The notes beneath the pieces were generated by a model. The model searched no databases. It was not told the DNA's origin and saw only the letters and a program-made list of their open reading frames with translations. This document shows positions 9,418 through 19,183 of a stretch of 64,000 bases of DNA, piece by piece. Location of the stretch: assembly GCA_036676395.1 (NCBI GenBank), contig JAKFCY010000002.1:672001-736000 (forward strand), read 5' to 3'. The position numbers and the translations under genes were made by a program. This DNA is from Bdellovibrio sp. GTDB taxonomy: Bacteria > Bdellovibrionota > Bdellovibrionia > Bdellovibrionales > Bdellovibrionaceae. The first letter of the stretch is position 1; every line of letters starts with the position of its first letter.

Positions 9418-9570
9418 ATGAAAAAATCAACAGCCTCAAATCGTACGAGCAGAACAGCATCGAACTCTAGCTCGGGTTCTAGTTCGCGCAGAACTGGCTC
9501 ACAATCCGGAAGTAATTCTGGAAGCAGTTCAGGCCGCGGCTCTGCAAACAGCTCACGTCAAGAACGCTAG
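9418..9570 (+). CDS. 50-aa Ser/Gly/Arg-rich hydrophilin-like peptide (absent from ORF track)
   Basis: AAAGGAG RBS, ATG at 9418, TAG at 9568-9570, terminator next; MKKSTASNRTSRTASNSSSGSSSRRTGSQSGSNSGSSSGRGSANSSRQER. Confidence 0.7.
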   Translation: MKKSTASNRTSRTASNSSSGSSSRRTGSQSGSNSGSSSGRGSANSSRQER

Positions 9571-9591
9571 TTTTTTTACTATCACAAATTT

Positions 9592-9625
9592 AAAGCCACT
9601 TGCCTTCGGGTAGGTGGCTTTTTTT
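9592..9625 (+). terminator. Intrinsic terminator
   Basis: AAAGCCACTTGCC-TTCG-GGTAGGTGGCTTTTTTT. Confidence 0.85.
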
Positions 9626-9684
9626 ATTTCCTATGCTAAAGCCGCGTAATTGCAGATGTTAGTCTGTATTTGCGTCTCATGCTG

Positions 9685-9712
9685 TTAAGTACTTCATCTT
9701 ATTCAACGATAA
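9685..9712 (+). promoter_or_regulatory. Sigma28/FliA-like promoter
   Basis: TTAAG-N15-AACGATAA. Confidence 0.45.
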
Positions 9713-9738
9713 AGTATTTACCAACATGTGAGGTCATT

Positions 9739-10584
9739 GTGAAAAAGCTAACCACTTTAATTCTGTTCTCGTTATTTACATTAAATGCTCAGGCAATTGA
9801 TATGACAAAAATTCAGGTTCAATTAGGACAAATGAATTTTCAAAATAACAAAGGCTCGGGCGTTTTAAATAATCTATTACTTGAAACTGACGGTGGTCTT
9901 TCACAAAGTGCAGACTCTTCAGCAGCTGCAGTGGCCACAAAAATAGAACTTTCACGCCAAGGAAAAACTGTAAAAGTAAATACCGGGGCCATGAATATCG
10001 TCGTGAAGAATGCTAACGACATGCTGACCAAGATTCAAGAAATGCAAATTTCTAAATTAAGTGTGTCGATGGGGTCAAGCCAGCATCAATTCAGCGTAGC
10101 CTCGGCGCACTTAAGTCATGAGTCGACAGGTGAAATTATGGCCGAAGATTTAAATGTAGTCTGTACGTACAAAAGCATAGGCGCCTTAGATTTTTCAAAA
10201 GTTGTCGATCAGTGTTTAGTAAAATCTTCAATGCGCGCAGAGCGTTTAGAAGTTCCTGATATGAACAGCTTTTTTGAAGAATCATTGTTAGGAGTGCCCC
10301 TACAACCTGAAAGTGATGTTTTACAAACTGTTAAAGATCTTGAAATGGAAATCACGAAAGGTGATTTTGAAATGAGTCTAAAAATCAAAGGTATTCCGTT
10401 AGTGCGTTTAAAATCACTCGGCAATATTAAAGCAGACATGGTAAAAAAGCGCGCAACAATTCGTGTAGATAAAGTAAAGCTGGGTTTTATTGGCGTGACT
10501 GATATCGTTATGAATCAGCTTAAGAAAAAACTGCCGCCAGAAAATTTTCGTGTAGAGTCTCCGTATATTTTTGTGACGTGGTAA
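9739..10584 (+). CDS. Secreted hypothetical protein
   Basis: GAGGT RBS and GTG at 9739; Sec signal (KKLTTLILFSLFTLNAQA). Confidence 0.7.
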   Translation: MKKLTTLILFSLFTLNAQAIDMTKIQVQLGQMNFQNNKGSGVLNNLLLETDGGLSQSADSSAAAVATKIELSRQGKTVKVNTGAMNIVVKNANDMLTKIQEMQISKLSVSMGSSQHQFSVASAHLSHESTGEIMAEDLNVVCTYKSIGALDFSKVVDQCLVKSSMRAERLEVPDMNSFFEESLLGVPLQPESDVLQTVKDLEMEITKGDFEMSLKIKGIPLVRLKSLGNIKADMVKKRATIRVDKVKLGFIGVTDIVMNQLKKKLPPENFRVESPYIFVTW

Positions 10585-10601
10585 TCGGATTATTATAAGC
10601 C

Positions 10602-10626
10602 CTTAGTCCAGATCTGCTGGACTAAG
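10602..10626. repeat. Perfect 10-bp inverted repeat (hairpin without U tract)
   Basis: CTTAGTCCAG-ATCTG-CTGGACTAAG. Confidence 0.6.
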
Positions 10627-10627
10627 C

Positions 10628-10655
10628 TTAAGTCGTGATATTAGAGCTCCGATCC
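10628..10655 (+). promoter_or_regulatory. Sigma28/FliA-like promoter
   Basis: TTAAG-N15-TCCGATCC. Confidence 0.4.
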
Positions 10656-10679
10656 TAGACTTATCTAGGAGAACACCAT

Positions 10680-11219
10680 ATGACAAATCTTAATATCAAG
10701 CTCAACCTTACGACTTTCTTTTTCGCTTTAGCCTTAGCTCTGCAATTTTCAGCTGCGACGGCAGAAGCAAAAACAGTAGAAGATATTCCCAATTTATTTA
10801 AAATGAGCGACAACTTATACCGCGGTGGCCGCGTAACAGATGCGGGCATGAAGCAACTAAAAAAAATGGGCGTGACGACAATCCTTAATGTTGAAAACGA
10901 TGAAGAAGCCATAGCCATTGATAAAAAATTCGCAGCTAAATATGGCTTACGTTATATTTCAGTGCCTTTCGAGACTTTTAAAAAGCCAAGTGATGCTAAA
11001 GTTGATCACGTGTTAAAACTATTACAAGATCGCAGTCTTGGGCCAATCTACTTACATTGCAAACATGGTCGTGACCGCACTGGAATGCTTATGGGTTTAT
11101 ACCGTGTAGAAGCTGACGGCTGGCACCCAAAAGCGGCTTATAAAGAAATGAAAGACCGCGGTTTCAGAACTCTTATCTGGACATTAGATAACTACTATAA
11201 AAAAAGATCTGGCTACTAA
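10680..11219 (+). CDS. Secreted Cys-dependent (PTP/dual-specificity) phosphatase
   Basis: HCKHGRDRTG (CX5R) motif, LYRGG motif, N-terminal signal peptide, AGGAG RBS. Confidence 0.85.
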   Translation: MTNLNIKLNLTTFFFALALALQFSAATAEAKTVEDIPNLFKMSDNLYRGGRVTDAGMKQLKKMGVTTILNVENDEEAIAIDKKFAAKYGLRYISVPFETFKKPSDAKVDHVLKLLQDRSLGPIYLHCKHGRDRTGMLMGLYRVEADGWHPKAAYKEMKDRGFRTLIWTLDNYYKKRSGY

Positions 11220-11224
11220 GATTT

Positions 11225-13189
11225 CTAGTGTAATGTTTTTGCGCTGTGCTGGTAGATATAATGAACGGTCGAAACAAGCTGACGAAAATTTAATGGTTTT
11301 GTGATATGTGCATCACAACCAGCGGCCTTAGTTTTTACCCGTTCCTCTAGCATGGCGTGCGCAGTCAGTGCGATAATTGGTTTACTAAAATTTTCAGAGC
11401 GTAACGTGCGCGTGACTTCATAGCCATCAAGTTCAGGCATTTGAATATCCATTAAGACAACATCAAATTCATTTTTGCGGGCTAATTCTAAAGCTTCAGC
11501 CCCATCACTGGCTACTGTAACCGAGGCGCCGTGATTTGCGAGCACATATTTAATCAGCTCTTGGCTATCTGGTGAATCTTCAGCCAATAAGATGCGCACA
11601 TGATTCAAATTAATCGTTACCGGAGGGTGAGTGTTTTCTGGAATCTGGCAGCGGTTTTCTTCAGTTGTAATAAGGGCTGTGAATTCAAATGAAAAAGTAG
11701 AGCCTTCGCCTAAGCTAGTTTTGACGATTTGAATATCACCGCCCAAAGCCTGAGCTAAGCGTTTTGATAATGTTAAGCCAAGGCCCGTACCGCCGTATTT
11801 TCGGGTGGTGCTATTATCTGCCTGAGTGAACGGGCGAAACAATCGTTCGGCCTGCTCAGATGTTAGCCCGATACCTGTATCGCAAATGTTAATTTTAAAT
11901 TTACACTGATCACCAGTTAACATTTCGCTGTGGATATCAATTGTTACGCCACCATCTTTTGTGAATTTAACGGCATTGCCGATCAAGTTAATTAAAATTT
12001 GGCGCACGCGGGTGGGATCAGATTTAATTCTGATCGGAACCTGACTGCCTAAGTTTAAATTCAGAAAAATATTTTTGTTTTTGGCTTTTTCGCGAAACAT
12101 AGCCAGAACTTCAAAAAGTAAATGATCAAAGGCTGTTTCTATATTTTCGACTTCTAAATGACCGGATTCAACTTTGGACAAATCTAAGATGTCATCGATG
12201 ATGCGCGAAAGACTACATCCATTTTTAATAATCATTTCTAAAAAACGGTCTTTATCTGTTTCAGTTAAAGTCTTTTCTTTTAGAACTTCGGCAAAACCCA
12301 TGATCGATGCCAATGGTGTGCGAATCTCGTGCGACATGTTCGCTAAAAACGTGGTTTTTAAGTTATTCGCGCGTTCAGATTCATCTTTTGCGCGGATTAA
12401 TTCTGATTGGGCTAATTTTTCAGTCGTGATATCACGGTAAAAAATAGCCAGGCCACCATCAGCTTTTGGGTAGACATTCATTGCGGCCCATAGTTGTAAT
12501 GGCGCATAGAATTCTTCAAACTTTACACTCACTCGTTCTTTCATTACGCGTAAATAAGTTTCTACAAAAAGCGAACTTTGAAAAATGGGTTCTGAAAAAA
12601 ATAAGTCTAAAAAATTCTGACCGATTTGTTTATGTCTTTTAATGCGGGCGATGCGCTCATGATAAGAATTTAATTGGGTGATTTTCCAGTCTTTATCGAT
12701 AGCGATAAAACCCTCTTCAACATTCTCAATAATATCCACGATTTCATGTTGCGTTTGTTTGGTGTCATCAATATCGGTGCAGGTGCCGATCCATGAAATG
12801 ATTTTACCTTCGTTATTAAAATTTGGAACTGCGCGTGTTAAAAACCAGCGGTAAACGCCATCAAAACGACGAAGCTGGTAGATGACTTCGTAGGTCTTTC
12901 CCGCAGCTATGGCGGCTTCCCAGATATCTAAGGTCATATTCAAATTATCAGGGTGGTGGGCTTGGCGCCAGCCATTCTGAAGCGATTGTTCTGCAGTTAA
13001 GCCTGTAAAGTCATACCACTGCTGGTTAAACCATAACAGATTACCTTGGGGGTCTGTAATCCATCCCAATTGCGGAGCCGTATTAGCAAGAGCTTTATAA
13101 TGCTCTTGCGTAGTCGTGGTGTTAACCATCTGTTTCACAAAACCTCGTTTAGTCTTCATGAGATACGCCTCTCCTGATTGATTGTCCAT
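11225..13189 (-). CDS. Cytoplasmic hybrid sensor histidine kinase (PAS-PAS-HisKA-HATPase-REC)
   Basis: Motifs FLANMSHEIRTP, NLIGNAVKFT, GGTGLGL, LMDIQMP; exact start uncertain. Confidence 0.9.
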   Translation of the reverse strand: MDNQSGEAYLMKTKRGFVKQMVNTTTTQEHYKALANTAPQLGWITDPQGNLLWFNQQWYDFTGLTAEQSLQNGWRQAHHPDNLNMTLDIWEAAIAAGKTYEVIYQLRRFDGVYRWFLTRAVPNFNNEGKIISWIGTCTDIDDTKQTQHEIVDIIENVEEGFIAIDKDWKITQLNSYHERIARIKRHKQIGQNFLDLFFSEPIFQSSLFVETYLRVMKERVSVKFEEFYAPLQLWAAMNVYPKADGGLAIFYRDITTEKLAQSELIRAKDESERANNLKTTFLANMSHEIRTPLASIMGFAEVLKEKTLTETDKDRFLEMIIKNGCSLSRIIDDILDLSKVESGHLEVENIETAFDHLLFEVLAMFREKAKNKNIFLNLNLGSQVPIRIKSDPTRVRQILINLIGNAVKFTKDGGVTIDIHSEMLTGDQCKFKINICDTGIGLTSEQAERLFRPFTQADNSTTRKYGGTGLGLTLSKRLAQALGGDIQIVKTSLGEGSTFSFEFTALITTEENRCQIPENTHPPVTINLNHVRILLAEDSPDSQELIKYVLANHGASVTVASDGAEALELARKNEFDVVLMDIQMPELDGYEVTRTLRSENFSKPIIALTAHAMLEERVKTKAAGCDAHITKPLNFRQLVSTVHYIYQHSAKTLH

Positions 13190-13301
13190 AGGTTGTGTAA
13201 ATATTTTTTTATCGAGTTAAAGAGCTGTCAAAGATTTGTAAAAAAATCCGGAATGGCCTTTGCAAAAAGCAGATTTAAAAACAATAATAGCGAAAGAATT
13301 T

Positions 13302-14807
13302 ATGTTAGAAAAACACCTTGCACAATATTTTAACCTGTTAAATTTCAGACGAGGACAGCTCGAGATTATCTCTGCTGTTTTGGCTAAAAAAGATGCCCTG
13401 GCGGTTTTACCCACAGGCGGTGGTAAATCTTTGTGCTATCAATTTCCTGCAACCTATCAGCAAAAGCTAGTTGTTGTGGTATCTCCCCTCATTGCCTTGA
13501 TGAAAGATCAGGTCATGTCGCTGCAAAACCGCGGTGTTAAAGCCGGATGTTTATATTCGGGACAGACGGAATCCGAAAAACGACTAATTTTTTCACAGAT
13601 CAACGAAGGCGGCTGTTACGTTCTGTATTTATCGCCGGAACGCGTGCAAAAACCAGGGTTTCAAGAATGGATTAAAAACCGCGACATCGCTTTGTTTGCT
13701 ATTGATGAGGCACACTGTGTGTCACAGTGGGGGCACGATTTTCGTGAAGAGTATGCTGAATTAAAAATCTTAAAAAAAATTCGTCCTGATGTTCCAGTGT
13801 TAGCTTTAACAGCGTCGGCAACACCTACAGTATTAGATGACATCGCCAAAAATTTAGAATTAAAAAATCCAGAACGTATGGTGCATGGGTTTTACCGGCC
13901 AAATCTTTATTATCAAGTGGCTGCGTGCACGGATGATAAAGAAAAATCACAAATGCTTTTACAAAGTATTAAACAACATCCAACAGGTCGTGTGATCGTT
14001 TATTGTGGTACCCGTAAGATCACCGAAGAGCTTGCTGCCTTTTTACAAGAACGCGTAGAAAAAGTTGGCTTTTATCACGCCGGTTTAAGCCAAAACGAAC
14101 GCACGCAAATGCAGACTAATTATGCCTCTGGAAAATTACGTATCCTTGTGGCCACGAATGCTTTTGGTATGGGGATCGATCAACCTGATGTAAGGCTTGT
14201 CGTGCATTTTCAAATGCCAGCTAACATTGATTCGCTTTATCAAGAGATGGGCAGAGCTGGGCGTGATGAGCAGCCATCAACGTGTTTGTTATTGTACGCC
14301 AAAAAAGACAAAGGTTTACAGTCATTTTTTATTACCAGTTCTCAGGCGACAAAACCGATTAAAGATTTACGTTGGCGAAATTTAAATGCATTAGTCAGTT
14401 ATTGTGAGGTCGCCGAATGTCGTCACGCTGAAATTTTAACGTATTATAAAGATTCAACGCGATTAAAATCCTGCGGTCACTGCGATGCCTGTGACCCAAA
14501 ATCTGCGCGGGCTATTGAAAAACTTGCGGTTGCGGTCATTGTAAAAAAATCTTCGGCTAAAAAAATTACTGAAAGCTCACTATCAGCGATCGAAGAGGCA
14601 CGTTTTCAAATTTTGCGAAAATGGAGAAAAGCTAAAGCCGAAGAATTAGATATTCCGGCCTTTGTGGTGTTCGGCGATAAAACTCTTATCGATATCGCAC
14701 AAAAAAATCCACAGAACTTAAATGAACTTAAAAACATTTACGGCATTGGCGAAGCCAAGTTAGAAAAATTTGGCTGGGATCTATTGGCACAATTAGGTGA
14801 CAGCTAA
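13302..14807 (+). CDS. recQ: RecQ-family DNA helicase with HRDC domain
   Basis: PTGGGKSLCYQ, DEAHCVSQWGHDFR, QEMGRAGRD, Zn motif CGHCDAC, C-terminal HRDC. Confidence 0.9.
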   Translation: MLEKHLAQYFNLLNFRRGQLEIISAVLAKKDALAVLPTGGGKSLCYQFPATYQQKLVVVVSPLIALMKDQVMSLQNRGVKAGCLYSGQTESEKRLIFSQINEGGCYVLYLSPERVQKPGFQEWIKNRDIALFAIDEAHCVSQWGHDFREEYAELKILKKIRPDVPVLALTASATPTVLDDIAKNLELKNPERMVHGFYRPNLYYQVAACTDDKEKSQMLLQSIKQHPTGRVIVYCGTRKITEELAAFLQERVEKVGFYHAGLSQNERTQMQTNYASGKLRILVATNAFGMGIDQPDVRLVVHFQMPANIDSLYQEMGRAGRDEQPSTCLLLYAKKDKGLQSFFITSSQATKPIKDLRWRNLNALVSYCEVAECRHAEILTYYKDSTRLKSCGHCDACDPKSARAIEKLAVAVIVKKSSAKKITESSLSAIEEARFQILRKWRKAKAEELDIPAFVVFGDKTLIDIAQKNPQNLNELKNIYGIGEAKLEKFGWDLLAQLGDS

Positions 14808-14917
14808 GCCAGAAGTAGTTTGAATTTCACCTACCTCGGGCCAGATTCTTTAGAACTTTGGTCCTAAATTCGCGTTCCAAATTATGCTTAATTTATAAAC
14901 ATACCGATAATAGAGGT

Positions 14918-15571
14918 ATGAAGACAAGATTACTACTATTAGCATCGTTTATCGTTTTATCTTTTAGTTCACATCAAGCCCTAGCGATGGGGCGTGGCAA
15001 GCCGGTCGAGCCGACACCAACGCCATCTTCTAAATATCAAGAAGGTGATATTATTTTTATTCAAAGCCAAACACAGCAAGCCGCCGCTCTTCGTGAATCG
15101 ACAGAGTCAGTTTGGACACATGTTGGTTTAATGATTAAGAAAAGCTCTAAATGGTATGTTGCTGAAGCGGTCGGGCCGTTAAAAGAAACTCCGTTAGCAG
15201 ATTTTATTGCGCGTTCAAAAAATAAATCATATCGCATCTATCGATATAAACATTTCGATGCAGCAACAATGACAAAAGCCTTAAAAGCCGCATTACCAAA
15301 ATATAACAAACCTTATGATATCTATTTTGAATGGTCACAAGAACGTATCTACTGTTCAGAGTTAACTTATCATGTGATGAAAGATGTCACTGGTTTTGAA
15401 TTAGGTCGTTTACAAAAAATGAAAGAGATGAGACTTGATGGTCCATACACACAAGCCTTAATCAAAAAACGTTATACAGATACGGGTAAAGAATTCGATC
15501 CCGAAGAGCTAATCATTACTCCAGTGAGTCAAGTCGAAGACGAAGACGTAACGCTGATCGAAGCAAAATAA
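14918..15571 (+). CDS. YiiX/YebB-like permuted papain-like NlpC/P60 hydrolase, exported
   Basis: GDIIF, THVG and YCSEL motifs; signal peptide. Confidence 0.85.
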   Translation: MKTRLLLLASFIVLSFSSHQALAMGRGKPVEPTPTPSSKYQEGDIIFIQSQTQQAAALRESTESVWTHVGLMIKKSSKWYVAEAVGPLKETPLADFIARSKNKSYRIYRYKHFDAATMTKALKAALPKYNKPYDIYFEWSQERIYCSELTYHVMKDVTGFELGRLQKMKEMRLDGPYTQALIKKRYTDTGKEFDPEELIITPVSQVEDEDVTLIEAK

Positions 15572-15595
15572 TTTTTTACATTCTAAATCAAATAT

Positions 15596-15636
15596 AAAAC
15601 TCACTGATGGATAAGCCACAGTGAGTTTTGTTTTTT
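15596..15636 (+). terminator. Intrinsic terminator
   Basis: AAAACTCACTG...CAGTGAGTTTT followed by T tract. Confidence 0.75.
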
Positions 15637-15732
15637 GAAAATGGTGACACACTATTAACGCAACTCAAGTTGTAAATACTTTTCATTCGCTTCGCCTATG
15701 CTACGGTACTCGTATAAACAAAGGGGAATGTT

Positions 15733-16275
15733 ATGAAACAGTTAATTATTCTTTCAATCATGGCTATGGCAGCGCTTCCTGTATTTTCTGCTGAACGTGC
15801 TTTAACTGGTTCTTGCACGGTAACAACAGCAACCACGCAAGAGACTTATAATTTTTCAGCGGCGCCCAATCAAAAATTTAGATTAGGAATCTCTGAAGAA
15901 GTAGCGCCACAAAGCTTTAAGCAATTTAAAGTTTCAGTGGTAAATAACATTGGTAATAAAGAAAGTGCACAGGCTTGGGGGCGCCGTGTATTGATCGCCG
16001 TATCTGTATTAGAGCGTGAATTCACAAACCCTCCAGTGCTTTGCCCAACTACTCCCTTAGACGCGCGCGAAGAGTGTTTGCGCCAGAATGAATTAAGTGG
16101 TTCAAACGGAACTCACTTCGATCGTTTTAGTGAACGTTATAATGATGGAATCAAAGATTGGGATGCTGATATCTTTGCTTTAAAAAGTTTAAAAAACGGC
16201 GCTAAGCTAAATACACCTACAATACGACTTACAGCAGCCACATCGGTACAGTGTAGCGCTACTTACGTGAAGTAA
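15733..16275 (+). CDS. Secreted hypothetical protein
   Basis: AAGGGG RBS, Sec signal, four Cys. Confidence 0.7.
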   Translation: MKQLIILSIMAMAALPVFSAERALTGSCTVTTATTQETYNFSAAPNQKFRLGISEEVAPQSFKQFKVSVVNNIGNKESAQAWGRRVLIAVSVLEREFTNPPVLCPTTPLDAREECLRQNELSGSNGTHFDRFSERYNDGIKDWDADIFALKSLKNGAKLNTPTIRLTAATSVQCSATYVK

Positions 16276-16427
16276 CTGTTTCGTCTGGGTAAAGAAATAG
16301 TTACTTCTGTTGTTCGCTGAGCCCGGTGTGACCACAACGGCAGGATTCATTTTCTGCCGCCTTAATGGCCAAAAGATTCGTTAAAAAGTTAAATGCTTAT
16401 TTGAAATAAAAATGTTAGTGTTTTTGT

Positions 16428-16778
16428 ATGCAAACAAGTTGTCCAAAATGCCAATCTGAAAATATTTATCAAGACGGTAACCTATGGGTTTGCCCTGAAT
16501 GTGCTAATGAATGGGTAGAAAAAGCTCAGGCCGCTACCGAAGAGGCTGCTGTTGATGATGGTCTTATTCGCGATGCGAATGGCAATGTCTTGGCTGACGG
16601 TGATTCGGTGATCGTTATGAAAGATTTAAAGATCAAAGGTTCATCAAGTGTGGTTAAAGGCGGAACAAAAGTCAGAAACATTCGTTTAACTGATATGGGT
16701 GATGGACATGATATCGCTTGTAAGATCGATGGCCTTGGGGCGATTAATTTAAAATCTTCTTTCGTTAAAAAAGCCTAG
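16428..16778 (+). CDS. yjdM: YjdM/PhnA zinc-ribbon protein
   Basis: CPKC...CPEC and [22 protein letters not shown] motifs. Confidence 0.9.
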   Translation: MQTSCPKCQSENIYQDGNLWVCPECANEWVEKAQAATEEAAVDDGLIRDANGNVLADGDSVIVMKDLKIKGSSSVVKGGTKVRNIRLTDMGDGHDIACKIDGLGAINLKSSFVKKA

Positions 16779-16804
16779 GTTAGCTGCTACGCCTTCGGCG
16801 TAGG

Positions 16805-18034
16805 TTACTTTTTACGTTTAGATTTTTTGCGCATAGATTCTTCTTGTTTAATTAACTCTTGAAAATTCATATCATGCATTGGTGGCATCACGATCATTTC
16901 GTAATTCTTTTTACTGACTTTAGTGACTTCGATTTTTTTACCTAATAGCTCTTCAATACTTTGTAAAAAGGGCATTTCTTCTGGCGCGCAAAATGAAACC
17001 GCAATGCCTTTGTTAAAACCACGGCCAGTACGGCCGATGCGATGAACATAGTTTTCATTTTTTTCTGGCAGATCGTAATTAATCACATGAGTCACATCTG
17101 GAATATCAATACCACGAGCCGACACGTCAGTGGCGATTAACACTTTGCACTCGCCGGCACGAAACGCTCGCATCACTTCAGTACGGTCAGTTTGGTCTTT
17201 TTCACCGTGTAAGGTTAAAGTAGTTACTTCTAATTTAGCTAAGGCCTTAGCAACGCGTTCAGCACGCACGCGTGTACGCACGAACACCACGAATTTACCG
17301 TCTGGGTTTTGTTTAAAGTATTCAGCTAAGAAGTAACGTTTGTCGTCCATATCAATAAACATCACCGAGTGAGTTACGTTTTTTGAAACTGGATCTTCCG
17401 GAGAAATCTGAATACGAATAGCAGAACTTCGAACTTGGTCGTACGCCATCTTTTTAATTTTTGAGTTGATAGTGGCCGAGAAAAACAGGGTTTGGTGGCC
17501 GCGCACTAATTTACGTTTGATAGATTCGATATCATTGATAAAGCCCAGATCAAGCATTTGATCGGCCTCATCTAAAACTAAAGTTTCGATATGGCTTACG
17601 TCCACATAACCTTGGGCGATAAGATCAAACATGCGTCCTGGAGTCGTGATTAAGATATCAATGCCATCGCCAAGTTTGCGGATTTGTTTGTCTTGTTCTA
17701 CGCCGCCATAGAGCGCGAAAGATTTAACTTTCATATTTCTGCAAAGACCATTGAACACTTCACCGATTTGTTGCGCAAGTTCGCGCGTCGGTACCATCAC
17801 TAAACAACGAATGCCTTCGTTACGTTTACTTTTTTTGCGGGAATGAATGTTTTCAATAATTGGAATCGCAAAAGCACCAGTTTTACCGGTACCAGTTTGC
17901 GCGATCGCTAAAACGTCTTCGCCTCTTAAGATCGACGGAATCGCTTTAAATTGGATGTCTGTAGTGCGGAAAAAACCTAAGTTGTTTAGATTGCGTAGTA
18001 AGTCTTCAGAGAGGTGGAATTTTTCGAATTTCAT
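16805..18034 (-). CDS. DEAD-box RNA helicase (RhlE-like)
   Basis: AQTGTGKT, PTRELA, DEAD, SAT and HRIGRTGR motifs. Confidence 0.92.
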   Translation of the reverse strand: MKFEKFHLSEDLLRNLNNLGFFRTTDIQFKAIPSILRGEDVLAIAQTGTGKTGAFAIPIIENIHSRKKSKRNEGIRCLVMVPTRELAQQIGEVFNGLCRNMKVKSFALYGGVEQDKQIRKLGDGIDILITTPGRMFDLIAQGYVDVSHIETLVLDEADQMLDLGFINDIESIKRKLVRGHQTLFFSATINSKIKKMAYDQVRSSAIRIQISPEDPVSKNVTHSVMFIDMDDKRYFLAEYFKQNPDGKFVVFVRTRVRAERVAKALAKLEVTTLTLHGEKDQTDRTEVMRAFRAGECKVLIATDVSARGIDIPDVTHVINYDLPEKNENYVHRIGRTGRGFNKGIAVSFCAPEEMPFLQSIEELLGKKIEVTKVSKKNYEMIVMPPMHDMNFQELIKQEESMRKKSKRKK

Positions 18035-18118
18035 AGAAGCGAACTGTACCACTGCAGGGCCTGCGAATGAAGTTAAAAAGGGGGAGAGGCCCCGTTTATG
18101 GAGCCTCTTTTGTAATAA

Positions 18119-18403
18119 CTACGGAGCTTCGAAAGTTGGGTTAGACGGGTTGTTACCGTGTTGGCCATTAGATCCAGTTGGAACCCAGCTAGGTACGCCG
18201 TACTCAGTTGGAGCTTGGTATTCATTTTCGTTAGATGGATTGTGTGATCCAGCTGGAACACCTTGTGATTCACGCTCTTTGTAAGTCACAGTTTCACATT
18301 GTTGGCCTGATTCGCCACGGTCACAAACAGTTACAGTTACATAACGATCAGCAAAAGCTGCTACAGACATCATAGTGATAGCTGCGATAATCATTGTTTT
18401 CAT
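18119..18403 (-). CDS. Small secreted protein with a Cys pair and Pro/Asn-rich tail
   Basis: AGGAG RBS; MKTMIIAAITMMSVAAFA signal peptide. Confidence 0.75.
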   Translation of the reverse strand: MKTMIIAAITMMSVAAFADRYVTVTVCDRGESGQQCETVTYKERESQGVPAGSHNPSNENEYQAPTEYGVPSWVPTGSNGQHGNNPSNPTFEAP

Positions 18404-18420
18404 AGGGATCTCCTTTGGTT

Positions 18421-18705
18421 TTGTGAACCTTTTTGGATTCACAGTTTATTTAAAACACACGTTTGTTGTGCGCTTAGCTTCTCGCAAACTTGTGAAAAAA
18501 GAACAATACAAATTTCACAAAAATTATTTAAAAAGTTCACAAAAAATAATTGAAAATATATGAAAACACAGTAAAAACAACGGCTTATGATTTCAAATTA
18601 TGAAAGATGCATTGCGTAATTGGTGAGGAAATTTGGAACAACAAAGCAATGTTTGACTTGGGGCAGGCTTTAATGATGAATGCCTCTTAAGACACGTTTT
18701 GTGAA
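18421..18705. promoter_or_regulatory. Divergent promoter region with six TGTGAA/TTCACA boxes
   Basis: TGTGAA at 18422, 18491 and 18700; TTCACA at 18438, 18514 and 18536. Confidence 0.55.
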
Positions 18706-18728
18706 AAAGATCCTCTAAAGGAGTGTTC

Positions 18729-19175
18729 ATGGCTAAAGCCGTATTAACCACTGTATTTGCAATTTTAGCGACCGTTGCAGTTCATGCTGCTACCTACACC
18801 AGTCATGCTTATGAAAGTGTATTGAATGGTATTCCTTTAAATAATGCCTGTTTAACCAAAGACCATGTGCAAACCATTAAAGGTCTTACTGTTTGTGAAG
18901 AAAAAAAAGAAGTTGTGCTTAATGATGGCATTAACACCTCAACTGATTTTATCTGTGTGAAATGGTCGACGCAAAATCTTTCATACTCACGTAAATACAT
19001 TTCTGAAGAGTGTACGCAGTTTGTAATTGGCGAAGGTGATATGTCGTGCAAAAAATATGAGAAAAAAACTAAATTACTCCCGCAAACTATTTTAGTGCGT
19101 ACTTGGACAGAAAATGCCGATTACAACAACTATCCGGGTTCAGTTTCTAAATTTACGTTTCCGGCTTGTAAGTAA
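18729..19175 (+). CDS. Secreted Cys-rich hypothetical protein
   Basis: AAGGAG RBS, signal peptide, six Cys. Confidence 0.75.
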   Translation: MAKAVLTTVFAILATVAVHAATYTSHAYESVLNGIPLNNACLTKDHVQTIKGLTVCEEKKEVVLNDGINTSTDFICVKWSTQNLSYSRKYISEECTQFVIGEGDMSCKKYEKKTKLLPQTILVRTWTENADYNNYPGSVSKFTFPACK

Positions 19176-19183
19176 GGGTGTAA

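Noticed and set aside
16276..16427. Possible structured RNA upstream of yjdM
   Set aside because: Only a short GGCAGGA/TTCTGCC hairpin; no recognisable riboswitch or sRNA consensus.
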